Assembly (NCBI GenBank): GCA_022605425.2
Contig: JAKIMF020000007.1
Span: forward strand, 744,001-808,000
From: Hamiltosporidium tvaerminnensis FI-OER-3-3
Taxonomy: Eukaryota > Fungi > Microsporidia
Reading direction: 5' to 3'
Length of the DNA stretch: 64,000 nucleotides
Shown here: in pieces, positions 23,761-37,600 of the stretch
How positions within the stretch are numbered: position 1 is the stretch's first letter
Layout: each line of letters opens with the position of its first letter
The notes under the pieces: model-generated
The model's database searches: none
What the model was told of the DNA's origin: nothing
What the model saw: only the letters and a program-made list of their open reading frames with translations
Made by a program: the position numbers and the translations under genes

Positions 23761-26700
23761 ATGGGTAGAAAGAAAAATGTTAGCAGCGAAATATCGAATA
23801 ATACCAAAATAAAGGCTGCAAACGACGCTGATGAGGTGAAAAAGAGTGATAGTGAGATACAAAAATGTAAGCTACACCCACCGGCGATTCCCCTACCTTC
23901 CTCCTCCTACACAACAATAACACCTCCACCACCAAGCCAAACATGCAGTAAAATGCAAAATAGTGGGCTTGACACCTTACCTTCGCCTAATGCACCAGTT
24001 CCCTCTTCGGTTGAAGTCTCTGCGTGCGAGCCATCGTACGACATGACAAGCCCCTGTACTCTAGCTATTCCGGAAGGTAACAGGCTAATGGCATTGCGGA
24101 CGATATTCGATTCCGTAACAGCCGACCCGAAGGAATGGCCTCGAATTGTTTTTTTTGCAGTACAGACAAGGTTTGAAAGAATGCCAAGAAATGGCTGGAC
24201 AGAGCTTCACAGGTACTATAATGAGAAATTTGGCTGCACTGAAACTCTCGAAGTGTTAAAAAAATTGGCACAAAGTGAGATGGGAAAGGATGTAAAATCA
24301 GAAGAGAATGGAGAGCGACGTAGAATCGCCACTTGTCTCGCTGATACATGCACCTTGACCGACACCACGGAGTACATAAACCTGTGAGATAAATTCTTGA
24401 GTAAAATCAAAGAAATCTCTGAGAACGAAATTGGAAAAGTGGTGGTCCGAACTAGAAAACATCCAAATGAATTGGTTGATAGTAAAGTTCTGGATCTCAT
24501 AAATCGAGTAGTCGGTGAATATGCAGGAGCTCATGTACCTGAGTCAATTACGGAAGCCGCGTATATCATGCAAGCTGCGCAGGTATGCTATGACGAGGCA
24601 ACACGTAAAGAGAAGCCTAGATCCGCTTGGAAGGAAAACATAGAAAGTAAAATTTCTAAGTTAGTACTTTCCAAAGATCTCCTCGAGAAAGCTCGTAAGC
24701 AGGAAAAGCTCTCCACTTCGGAAACGAAGAGCCTTAAGAAAATCATGCGAGAGTTTAATTTAAACTTGAGCAGCGTAACTGATCTTTCTGAGGCTTTAGT
24801 TAAGAAGAATGAGTCTTTGAATGTTTACGAGAAAAAAATTACGATGCATGAAAGTAGGAAGCAATTCCGAAAAGAGAATCGTATGTTTGAGCTTTTCCGA
24901 GGTCGATTTTATCGTGGGTTATCCGAGCGTGTGGAATCCGAGCATGTGGTTAGCCGTGATGAAATTGTGAGTTTTTGGTCTACAATGTGGAACAAAAATG
25001 ATGACACAGTCACGTACGATGATTATTTGATTCCATTTGTATCAGATAATCATCCGACCACGTTTCCTTCACTTGATGAATTTGTGAATATCATTAATTG
25101 GCTCCCTAATTGGAAAGCTGCTGGAATTGATGGTATTTACAATTTTTTCATTAAGAAACTTACAACTCTTCACAAATATCTTTATGATATTGTGAAAGTT
25201 ATATGTTTAAAAGGAACACCTCAAGCTGATTGGTTTTACTGCGGGCTTACGTATTTGATACCGAAAGGAATTCCACGAAGAGGCTCTGACTACAGGCCAA
25301 TCACTTGTATGTCCAACCTCTATAAGTTAACGACAAAGTGTGTAACGAAAGTCGTTCAACTTGAAGTGGAAAGGCGAGGGTTGCTTGCAGAGAACCAACT
25401 AGGGGCGGTAAGAGGTGTGCAGGGAGCGAAAGAGCAGGCTCTACTGAATATTGCCTTAAATAAAGAGTATGGAAATAATCTTAAGGCAACATGGATTGAT
25501 GTTAAAAAAGCTTATGATTCAATAGATCATGCTTATTTAACTCAATGCATTGAAAACCTTAATTTACCTGATTGGATCCTGAAATTTATTAAGGTAATTA
25601 TATCAAAATGGAAAATTGATATATCAGTAGGGCCTGAAAAAATCATGAGCAAGAAGATTGATAGAGGGATTCTACAAGGAGATAGTCTGTCACCTTTGTT
25701 ATTTGTGTTGTGTATGGATCCATTAAGCCGAAAGCTTAATGAAAAATACACAAAAGTGACAGTACAAACAGATGCAGAATCCCATTCTACTAATCATCTC
25801 TTGTTTATTGATGATCTTAAGCTCCTTGCAAAAGACAGCTCCACATTGAGTGCTATGACAGGCGAGGCAAAGGAATTTTTAGAGGTGATTGGCTTAGAGA
25901 TTAACAAAGAGAAGTCAGCCACAAATGATACGTGTTGTGAAGATACTGCTACTCTTCTAGAAGGTGTTAGTGTTTACAAATATTTAGGAATAATAGAAGA
26001 TAGCAGAGGAATCCCAACACGTAGCTCATTTGAAGAAGTACAGAGCAAACTTATATCAAGAGTTGAAAGACTTTGTCACACTAGATTAAACGCAAAAAAT
26101 TTATTTTCTGCAATCAATCAACATGCGATATCGTTAATCAACTACCACATAGGAGTACTTCGACTTGAACCGGCTGACTTCTCTAAGTTAGATGAGGCAG
26201 TGCGTGCGGTGTTGGTTAAAAATAAGATACATCTCCGCCCAGGATGTAAAGAGCGCTTGTATCTTTCTAGAACAGAACTTGGAAGAGGTCTACATAGTGT
26301 TGAGTTGCGAAGCGAACATATGCTTCTGCAACTCTTGGATTGTCTGGAAAAAAGTAAAGAAATATCAACTAGACGAGCAGCAATCCTCAAGGTGGAGAAT
26401 AATAATAAAACCCATCTTGCACTAATAAAAGGCTTCTTAAAAGTAAAGTACAGGTTGGTAGAAGAAGTCACTAAGAAAAGTTTAGAAGAAGCTCAACTTG
26501 CAAAACTATATAACGAAATAGAAAAACGAAAACTCCATTCAAAGTTATATAATGCAAGGAAAAATGAGCTTTTGAGTGTTAGTGACTCTTCAAGATGGCT
26601 AAAGAGAGGAAATATTAGGCCACGAAATGAAGCTGTGTTCTGCTATATCCAGGATAGAAATGTATTCTGGGGAGCAGATGGTGTGTGTCAACATTGCGGG

Positions 26701-27522
26701 AAGTCTGGTAAGACTGTGGATCATCTAGCAACTAGATGTGAAAAAATGCTAGGCCATGATTACACTAGACGGCATAATGAAGTGGTTAGATGCCTACACC
26801 TACTTCTCCTAAATAGATATAAGTTAAGGTCTTTAAAACGAATTAGGAGTCACTCAGTTCAAGAAATTCTTGATAATGAGTATGCAGAGATAAGAGTGGA
26901 CACCAGAATAAAAACTGATGTAAAAATTAGGAATAACAGACCCGACATATTTATTTTAGATAAGAAGAAGAATAAGATAACACTCATTGAAGTAGGAATC
27001 ACTTCCCAAGATTCACTTCAAATAGTTGAAACTGAAAAACTTAGGAAGTATGACCTGTTAGCCAATGAGTTGGGTCTTATTTATAAGTGTAGTGTTGAGA
27101 TAATCCCTTATGTGATGACCTGGGACGGTATTGTGACAAAATACCATAAATCTCATCTTAAAAGACTAGAAATACCCATGAATGTAGAAGCATACATTCA
27201 GTCTATAGTACTTAAAAAGACAGTCGAAACTATTTCCTTTGATCGACGAAGAGGACTTGAGTCAGGACTAAATGCCGAAGAGAGCTGGGAGAGAGCGTCA
27301 ATGGGTGTTATTATGAGATCAGAGATGCATGAGGAACCAATACCCCCTTTAAAAGAAGCGAAAACAGAGGAAGATGGTGCCAAAAATTTTAAACCAAAAT
27401 ATAAAGCCCCCTTTATTTTACAAGGAGGAACCACTTTAGAGGAACCGACCAATAACATAAATGAAGAGTCGGATTTGGAAGAAGAGACAAAAGTGGTCAA
27501 AGAGGTAGAAGAAAACATGTAA
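23761..27522 (+). CDS. Retrotransposon polyprotein (Myb-like N-terminus, RT, CCHC knuckle, PD-(D/E)xK endonuclease, acidic tail); 1253 codons with one internal TGA at 24385
   Basis: ORFs 23761-24387 and 24397-27522 are in frame (EYINL*DKFLSK). Motifs: WKAAGIDG, DYRPITC, WIDVKKAYDS, GILQGDSLSP, HLLFIDDLKL, YKYLG, CQHC..H..C, RHNEV, RPD/IEV/KLRKY. Confidence 0.93.
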
Positions 27523-27565
27523 AAATGGTAAAAAATATTTTAACCCAGAATTTTATTAAATAAAA
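23761..27565 (+). mobile_element. R4-clade RLE non-LTR retrotransposon, full-length copy A
   Basis: 12-bp TSD TAAATACAAAAT at 23749-23760 and 27566-27577; single long reading frame; short 3' UTR ending TTTTATTAAATAAAA. Confidence 0.97.
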
Positions 27566-30500
27566 TAAATACAAAATTAAATTTTATAGTGATTCTCTAC
27601 AAGCATAAGAATTTCGTTGAATTTTTTTGCTTTTATTATCTTACTTAATGGTTAAATAATTTAAAATCCCATAGATTTTATAGTGAAAACAATTTTAAAA
27701 TAATAAAATGTTCGCTATAATGGTATTAATATTAGTTCTTATCACGATTATAATTTTGAATTGAAGCTTTTCGATAAGCTACTCCTAATCACCTACTTAG
27801 GTGAACTAAAGTAGTTGAATAAAAATTATTCCAAACTAACAATATATGAAAGTATCATTTAAATATTTAATATATTTCAAATATTCGCATGAATTTTTTA
27901 CAACAAATAACCGATAATTTATTTATATTTCAGTATTTAAAAGACAAGAACTTTGTTGCTGTCTTTCTATTCATATTTTTATATCAAAGTAATGTTTGTA
28001 AAAAAGTTAAATCCTTATTTCCTACAATTGATATGAAATTATTTTAAAAATTAAGTCATTGCTTTTAGCTTTGTATAAATTTTTTTAATATTTGATTATT
28101 CTTTGTTAAAATGAAGATTGCTATAAATATAGCAAATGGTAAATATCAGCTATTTAAACAATCTAAAATATTAAATCTAATGCAGGGCTTTTAAAATATA
28201 ATTTACAGGTGCGTTGACTCAAAATATAATTTATCATGGTTTTCTGTTTTCTATTTGCTATTATATATGTATCATTTTTGTTATAGCAGTAAACTAACAT
28301 CGTAGAATATATTAGAATCTGTTTGCTTTTACTGAAGTATTCCTACATTATACTTCAAGCTGTGATATTTTATGTTATTTAATTGTATATAACAATACCA
28401 TTGCACATTTTTAGAAAAAATTGTTTTCTATAAAAATATATTTTATATATCTTTAAACTTGTATATCACATTTAAACTATAAATTATGTTTTTCGATATC
28501 AAAGAATAGCAATAAACTTTTTATTTTTATTTTAAAAGAATAAAATATGAGCGCGTAACATGTCAATTTTGAACTGTAAAAAATATATATAACTTGTATA
28601 AACAAAGGATATTATATCTTGTAAAATTCCAATGATAGAATAAAATATAAAGTTAAACCCAAAGTGAAAGTAAATAAGTTTGAGAAAAAAAATGACAATA
28701 TAAGTGGTATACAAAGCTTTTATATACACAACTAATAAAACAAAGTCCTAAAGAAGAGGCTTTGGTATCAACTTAGATTTGGCATCTATCAGGTTAGGTA
28801 GCAAAGATAACAATGTTGCGGATATTTAGGAAAATAGAGCATGGGACAGTTTTAGAGAAACTAATAAATTAGAAAGGATGATCAAAATCGTAAAGAGATC
28901 CAAATAATACACGAAATAATATCACCTAAATTAAGATGTTATAAGTGGTGGATATAAATACAAAAGAGTCACCTGAAAATTTTCTAATTGAACTAAAACG
29001 TTTTATAAAGAAAGAAAAAAATGAAAAAAACATCATAAAATAAATTATGAATGAGAATAATAAGTAAAAAAAATTACGCTCTAATTAAGTCATTCAATTT
29101 AAAAAAAAATCATTATTCCAAATCAAATATAATAGAGAAGATAAATGCCACAAAATGTTTTTCAACTCTTATGACACCCGTAAAAAATACAAAAATGTAA
29201 AATTATCAAAATATGAAAGTGATACTGTTTGAGATGATATAGACCGAAATAGGTACATAGTAAATATTCTGTTATTGATTTAAAGTGCACAAAATAAAAC
29301 ATATAAATTGTACAGAAACATTTAATAAAAATTTAAAATAATAAATTCACGCATATTTATTTCAAGGTGTGAAAATAACAAATTAACAGATATTTGATTT
29401 CATTCAGCGTAATTTCAAAGAACCGGATCTACTCAGATTTCATATTTTCGATAGGAATCAGGCCGATAAAAAAATTAGAAGCCATTATTCCGCAAAAAAT
29501 TGAATTTCTTAGCAAAAACCCAAAACTGTAACAATAACGAACAAAAAATATATATAATGCATTTGAGGATCTAACAGTTTTCGTTATACGTATTTTTTAT
29601 GTTAAAATTAGCTTGGAAAAGTAAAATACAATGTATTTAGGTAGAGATCTCTTCTGTGGTTGCAGCTTTAAAGAAAATAAGAGCAAAGAGATAAACATTC
29701 TTGCATAGTATTTTAACAAATGATGGGTAAAATATTCCTTACGTTAGAGGCAAGACGATAACACACCATTTATGGCATCAATCAATAAATTTAACAAGCA
29801 AAATTACTTGTTATTATCGATAACGATTCCGAGCGTATAACTAAATCTTGCATAATTTCGCTAAAAGTAGAGAAATGTACTAATAGGTTAAATTAATTAC
29901 TAAAAAATTATATAAATATTCTATTCTTCAACATATTATAAATAATTTCTAAACTACATTTAAAATAGAACAAGTAACAAGCTTTAGATATTCTAAATTT
30001 CTCGGCGACTAATACAACACATTATTCTCGTAAATATAGAAGAAAAACTGGGAAATAAGACGGTGATCCATGCTATATGATGTCAATTTTATAAAAATCC
30101 GATAAGCCGGAAAAAATAAGCGTGAAAATATCGAATCTATATTGAACCAATAGTTATATAGGCTTTCAAAATATATCTGATTACAAGTGTAAGACAAATA
30201 ATGTTATGCTAATATGATAGAAAACACCTGGTAAGATATGTTACAAATGTTTACTAATTATTGGTTAATAATTGGATTGAGTTGAGTTAACAAGTTCTAT
30301 CAGAAAATTTTATGTCAATGTGATTTAAAAAAGAATACTAGAAGCTTATATATTAGAAAGAATATCTATGTGAAAAATATGCAGTATAATATTAAAGCTG
30401 ATTTCATGTTTAGTAAGGCATGCTAGATTACAAAAAATATTATTTTGTTTGATTAAAGAAGATACATGCACGCAAAATCTGATTCGATAGAGAAATCAAA

Positions 30501-32152
30501 GGAAAGAGAAGAAAAGAAGAATGATTTTATACATTATTATCTTCTCAAAAGCGACAGGTCACAAAGCAAGCTAGAAAAAAGAAGAAAAAATATGCTGATA
30601 CGAACTTTTTAGTTAATTTAGAAAAAAAGTAATGTATGAAGAATTGTATTACATAAAGTTTTATTATAAAAGATTAAATTTTACTTTTGAAAATCTTGAT
30701 AATGTGAAATTTGAATACTAAGGTTTTCAACCTAAATAATCATGTATAGGCCAAATAATATTTCCCTGAAAAAAACCATATTCGGAAGCACAATTGGGTT
30801 TAAGTTTTAAGATTACACCTGTATAAATAAATTAATGATCCATAGTTTCATATTAAACTAAAATTTGATATCTATTATTACTTAATAAAAACAGATTGTG
30901 TAAGAATTCATTGTATTGATATAATAATAATGTAAAATCATGTAAGAAAGAAAATTCGAATGCGAATCAATGTGTTAAGATTAGAAAATCTTGGTATTTC
31001 AATAAAAATGACTGAATATAAAATAATTTTATATTTATAATGTTTAATTAAACAACCCAATACAAAATAAAGGCGCGGCGCAATATGCCTAGGCTGAAAA
31101 TAAGATTTCTATATCAAAAAGTGGAATTGATTATTTTTGCATATAGAATGTAAATATTTTGGAAACTGATAAAACTGCAGCATATGAATTGAATGTGAGT
31201 GTTGGAAACCCATATTAGTATAGTTATATCAAGCCTAGAAATATAAGGTGCTTAAACACAGTATTTAACTAAAATTTGAGAACTATGCTTTCAAGATATT
31301 CAATAGAATGTTGAAAGAATTTTAATTATTTTTGGAACTAAAGAATTCATTGAAACCACATTTACTATAAAAGCTGCAAAAGCAGCAGGTTGAAATATTC
31401 AAAGTGAATTAACATAATATGATTTTAGGTGCTTCGATCATCTATTCAAACACTATAATTATAGTTTAGTAATTTTTTTCCCGCTAGCTGCTCTAATAAT
31501 AGACTATTATTTTGTAGAGATATAAAAAAGATTAGCAATATATTATTAAATTTTCTTTCTAAAGTAATTATAAACATTTGAGAGACTTTTTTATTATAAA
31601 TTTTCTTTTCATATAAATTTTATTCTTTACAAAAAATCATTAATTTATTTAATTTCTGTTTTTTTTTCTTGTCGTATCTCTAGCATAGAAATACATTCTT
31701 CAGCCTAATCAGTTACATTTTGCTTAAAGACGCTTTTTAGGTCTTTTTTAGGTTAAAACATGGGAATATTCGTTTAAGCTTCTAATTTAGTAAAACGACC
31801 GTTTAATTCTACTGATTTACGTTTTTAATAAAATTCCTTTATGAGGAGATATGTAGAAATAAATAATACCGTTAAAAAGGATCCCAAATCAAACCAAAGC
31901 CTGACAATAAGATCTTTTTAAAAAAATAAGTATAGATATGTTATATCTATTAAGGTTTAATTGTATTTATAGGTTGATAATTTCTGTCGAAATTATGATT
32001 CAATTCAATTGTTAAGCTATACATTCAATGATTATTCCGCAATATAGTTATTAATATTTTTTTCCTTCTATTATTTTATCCTGATAAAAACAATATAGTT
32101 AAATTAAAAAAAATATTAATTTATTATTAAAAAAATTTTACCCGTTACATCA

Positions 32153-34465
32153 ATGAAGCTTTGGAGCACAAGACTGTTTTTAGGGATTGCTTTGAATAGC
32201 AAGATAACTGAGATGACTATCTTTATTATTCTATGTTCAGCTTTAAAAGCTGATTCATCAATCATTTTACATTTTTATAATGAACCTAATGAACACGAAA
32301 AAAATTCTGAACATGGTAAAGTAAACATAAGATCCTTTTCTAAATTTATAAAAAAGAAACATAAATGTTTTGAACATACAGAGTGCAAAGAATGTGTAAA
32401 ATACATAATTGAAGACAGGAATAAAATACATTTAAATTTTGATATGAAAAGTAGTGAAAAAAAGAGAGCTACAATTTTTATAAGTACGAATGTATTGAAA
32501 TACCAGGATTTTATATATTTTTTAAAAGTATCAAATGAAATCCAGGATATAAAAGAAAATTTAAGGTTTACGGATTTCTCGATGTTGATACATATACTTG
32601 ATATTTTTAAATTTAAGAAAGATAAATATTTTAGTAGCTTAATTCGAGTTCTTTTGCTTTCGATTATTTACAATAATCAAAATGATTACGAAGAAGACCT
32701 AATCAAAATTATCACTACTTCATCATCAGTATTCAAAATTATTTTATATGAATTTTGCTCGATACATTTTCTTGTTTTAGATTCGGATTTTAGAGGAATT
32801 TCAACAACATCTTTTAAAAAACAAATAAATGAAAATTTTGATGATGTTATCTGTTCAGATAAAAAATTTCTTGAGATTAATATGGAAATATTTAACAAAA
32901 TTAGCAAGCTTATACGTCGTAGTCAAAAATTCGAACACATTTTTAAAATTATCTTTGGATCTATTAAACCGTTAAGAGTTTCTTTATATTATCGAGAATT
33001 GCATGATGATATTTCAAATATTTTAGCACCTTCATTTCTTATATCATGCGAGGCACTTTGCTTTGAGAATTGGAAAAATATGAAATTTATTGAAAAGATT
33101 TTTGAAAGTTTGATTCTTAAAAATCTTAAGATATTGTTTTTCTTGAATTGTGAATTTTCGTTTTTTAAAGAAAGTCTTTTGAAAAAATTTACAGCCGATT
33201 CACGGATATATATATTAAATTCTTCTCTAGAAACAACGTTAGATTTTCGAAAGCCTGTATATTCCAAGGAATCGATTGAATTTCTAAAAAGGCTGGTTTT
33301 GAAACTGTATAATGAAATAAGAAGCAAAAAGAACACTTCGATTTTTCTAGAAAAAAATACAGGGAAACCATACAAAATAGAAAAATTCAATATTAATAAA
33401 TATATTGAAACGAATAGAAGTGTTGGTTTCCAAGAAGCTTTTAATTTTAAGGATCATAATATATATTTTAAGGATTTTTTCTATATTTCCGAAAATTTCG
33501 TTAACAATTGATTTCTCAGTAACTAAATATTCAAAAAATTGGAAAAATTTGTATACGTTTAAGAGATATTTTTATAAATGGTTTAAACTTTAAAAGTACA
33601 GATATAAGTGAAAACATTGTAGAATTATATATTTATGCTTCTAAATTAACAGATAATTTTCTACGTGACATTCTGTACTCTTCCAAGATTAAAAACTAAT
33701 TTGTATTTCAGATTGCACATTGGTTTTTCAAAAGCATAAATCAAAATATGCTAAAAATCTATCAATAGATAATTTGTCTATTACTGCCTGCGATTTTGAA
33801 AATCAAAATGGTGTATTTGAATTCATAAATTCTATGCCAAATCTAAAAACATTTAATTTCCACTCTTTTAAAAATGCATCTTTCTATATCGATATATTTA
33901 AAAATTGTAGAATAGAATTAAATTCACTAGGAAAATTTTCATTATGGTGAGAAAAATAAATTTAGTGCTAGTTATTTAAAATTTTTAAGCACAGGATTCA
34001 ATTACTACTCTTCAACTTGTTGTTAATTCTAAGATAGGCTCACTTAAGGAATTATTTTTCGAAAAAAAGTTGAGAAATGTGACAAGGTTTGTAATCTACC
34101 ATTTTAAGATAGGAACAAAAGACAAAAAAGCAATGGTTAATTGTACAAATATGAATTTTTTTACTCTGTATAAATGTGAATTTGATAAGATTTCATTTTT
34201 TGAACTATTTGATGTGAAAAAAGAATATGCATTTCGAAATATATCCTTAGATCATATTGTTTTAAAATCACAAGATGTTTATTTTTTATCGAATCTTAAA
34301 CAGTTAAGATGGTTATCGCTTAATCCTCGATTTGCTGATAATACTGCTTTTATTAGATTTTTTTGCGTAAATTCTTTCAAGCCAAAACTAACTCTGCGAT
34401 GTAATCAAGAAAATCTTCCCGGCGCATGTGTTTATTATCTCAAAGAAATTTTTGGCGATAAATAG
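32153..34465 (+). pseudogene. Lineage-specific secreted LRR-like protein gene, 3' half disrupted
   Basis: 452-aa ORF with signal-like segment (IFIILCSALKA) followed by fragments 33720-33950 and 34070-34465 with LxxLxL repeats (NLKTFNF, NLKQLRWLSL); stops and frameshifts between them. Confidence 0.65.
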
Positions 34466-34621
34466 ATTAGATTTATGAATGATATTCATATTTTAGAAAG
34501 GCAATCATTAATAAAACTTTTAATTTTTTCCGTCAAACGTTTAAATATAAATAAAAGAACGAATAAATAAATTCAAATATATTATAAACGTTTTTTTATA
34601 AATTAATTGGTATAAGGAATA

Positions 34622-37600
34622 ATGTTGGTAGCAAAAACAAAAAAATAGTTAAATAAAAGCTGCACTAGACACTGATGAGGGGAATAATAGCACAAAGGTA
34701 GTTCGAAATTATAAACAATACCAATCGGCGAATTCACCACAAGCTATTTTTCTATAGAAAACAAAACATTTACTATCAAGCCAAACATGCGATGGCTTTG
34801 AGATCCGTTTACTTGACAGTTTACCTTCGCCTAATTTACTACTTCCTTGTTTGATGCTGGCTTTTTGTGCGAGTTATCGAATGAAATGACGAACCTCTGT
34901 ACTCTAGCATTTCTGAAGGTAACAGGCTAATGGTACTGCAGATAATATTTGAACCCGTAAACGCCAACTCACAGTAATGACATGCGATTGATTTTTTTTG
35001 CAGCAGAAAAGGTCTGAAAGAATGCATGAAATATTTAAACAGGATTTTAAAGGTATTATAATGAGAAATTTGGTCGCGCCGTAGCTTTCGATGTGTTAAT
35101 ATGGTTAGCATGATGTGAGACAAAAGACTAATAAAATAATAATAGGATGAAAAGGTGCATCAAGCACCCTATTCCCACTGATAAATGTTCCCTTGTTGAC
35201 CCCACTCTTTATATTTACTTCAAGGGCAAGTTCTTAACTATATTCAAAGAAATCCCAGAAAATAAAATCAAAGAAGGTGTGGTCTGAACCCGATACCACT
35301 CAAGTGAATTAGTCGAGAGAAAAGGGGAAACCAAATGACAGAAGGGTCGGAGAATATGGCAAAGTGTGTGTACATGGATCAGCTGATAAGGCTGTGAATA
35401 TACTACAAGCCGTGATGTTATGCTATGAAGAAGCAAGGCAGAAAGAAAAGTCCGGATGCGCTTCTAAGGCATAAATTGAGAGAAAATTTTCAGATATAGG
35501 CGTTATATAAGATCTTTGGAGAACATCTACAGAATGAAAATTTATGCTACGGAACAAAAGCTATAAGAAAATTTTGCGAAAATTTCGTATAAAATTGAGA
35601 TATATGAATGATCATCGGAGGCCTTAGTTAAGAAAAATGAGTCTTGTTATGTCAAGATAAAAGGCGCACGATTTTTGAAATTATGAAGTAATTCTGGAGA
35701 ATAATTGTATGTTTGACCTGTCCGAGCTAGATTTTATCCCAGGTAATATAAACGTGTTCGGGGAACATGAGGTTAGTTGTTATGAAATTGTGAGTTTTGG
35801 GTAAAGTCTAAAACAAAAATTATAACAAAATAGCGTATCAGGATTATTTGATTCATTATTTATGTGATAATCATCTGATCATTTTTTCTTCATTTGAATA
35901 ATTTGTAAGTATCATTGATTGGATTATAAATTAAAAGGTTGCTGTAATTGATGTTACCTACAATTTCTTCAAAATGAAACTAACAACTCTTCACAAATAT
36001 CTTATTAATATTGTTAAGAAATTTGTCTGGAAATTGTACCTCAAGCTATGTGTTTTTTTTTGCAAGATTAAGTATTTGATCCCAAAAGAAATTTTCAATG
36101 AGGTGATGACTACAGGCACATCATATGTGTTTCAACCTTTATAAGTTAATCACAAGGCGGGTAACAAATTTCGTTAATCTCGAAGTGAAAATACGAAGTT
36201 ACTTGGAGCTATTTAATTGAAAGCGGTAAGAGATGTGCAAGAAGCAGGCTCTGCTGAATGTTAATATTAATAAAAAACATTGAAAAAAATCTAAGGTACG
36301 TCGATTGATGCTAAAAAAAGCTCTATTATTCCATAGATCATGCCTATTTGACGGGATGCATAGGAAATTTAATTTAACCGATTGGATTTGGAAATTTTTT
36401 ATGGTAAAAAAATTAAAATTGACAATTTATATTTTATTAAACCCTTAAAAATCATTTAAAAGAAGATATATAGAGGTATTTTTCAGAGTACTAATCTTTG
36501 AGTATTGTTTTTCGTGTTAGATATAGATACATGAAATCGAAAGCTTAATAAGAAATAAGCAAAAATAACAATACAAACAGAAGACACATCACACTTTACT
36601 TTGCATCTCTTCTTCATTAATGATATCATCGTTTCTGTCTAAATATGAACAAAAATTGCAACAGATGACTGAGAAAGAGAAAATGGTCTTAAATAACATA
36701 AGATTTGAGATAAAAAAAGATAATTATGCCACAAATTATACGTTTTATAGGGATACTGCTACTTCACAAGAAGGCCTTATTGTTTTTAAATATCTCTGGG
36801 ATAATAGAAGTTGGCAGATATTATCTACACTTTATACATTCGAAAAAGTACAAAGTAAACTGATATCTAGAGTTTAAAGACACTATAACACCAGATTTAA
36901 TGCAAAAGAAATATCTTTTGCAATAGATCAACAATCAATATCTTTAAAAAACTATCATATAAGAGTACACAGATCATATAAACTACCTCTATGTTAGATG
37001 ATGTTTTGCTTACGATATTGGTAAAGAGTAAGATACATTTTCGTCTGGGTGCAAGAAAGTCTCTAACTACCTAGAACAAATCTTAGAAAAGATCAATCAT
37101 TTTTCAAGTTGAGTAGCGAACACATTCTTTTGAAACTCTTGGATTGTCTGCTTTAAATACAGAAATATCAACTCAAAGAGCACTAATACTAAAGGTGGAA
37201 AATACTAATTATCATAAACTCAGTTCTTCGTAACGACATTAAAACCCCTAAATAGTTATTTAAACAATTATTTCTCTAAATCCCACGAAGGAGTGGAAAT
37301 GAACCAAAGCAGACGACCTACATTAAATAAACAATCTTCCTCAAATACTTCTACAACTTCAACATGTCACTAATAAAATACATCTTGCACTTATAAAAGG
37401 CTTCCTTAAATTGCAATATACTTTGGAAGAAAAAGTCAAGAAAGAGAATTTAGATTAAGCTCAACCTGCAAAACTATATAACGACATATAAAACGAAGAC
37501 TTCACTTAAAGTTATATAATTCAGGAAAAAACATGTTAATAAGTGGCAGTGACTCTTCAGGAGGACAAAGAAAGGGAATATTGTTCTGCTATATCTAGCA

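Noticed and set aside
24385-24387. Programmed TGA read-through separating an ORF1 and ORF2 in the retrotransposon
   Set aside because: The stop is not conserved: copy B has ATA (EYINLIDKFL) and copy E appears to have AAG here. It is best read as a private nonsense mutation in a single-ORF element.
28690-30900. Decayed paralog of the 40009-41883 gene
   Set aside because: The purine-rich plus strand looks coding-derived, but I could not establish an alignment by eye.
34671-34720. Hammerhead ribozyme core (CTGATGA...GAAA)
   Set aside because: It corresponds to the DADE codons of the element ORF (23826-23837), and no supporting stems were found.
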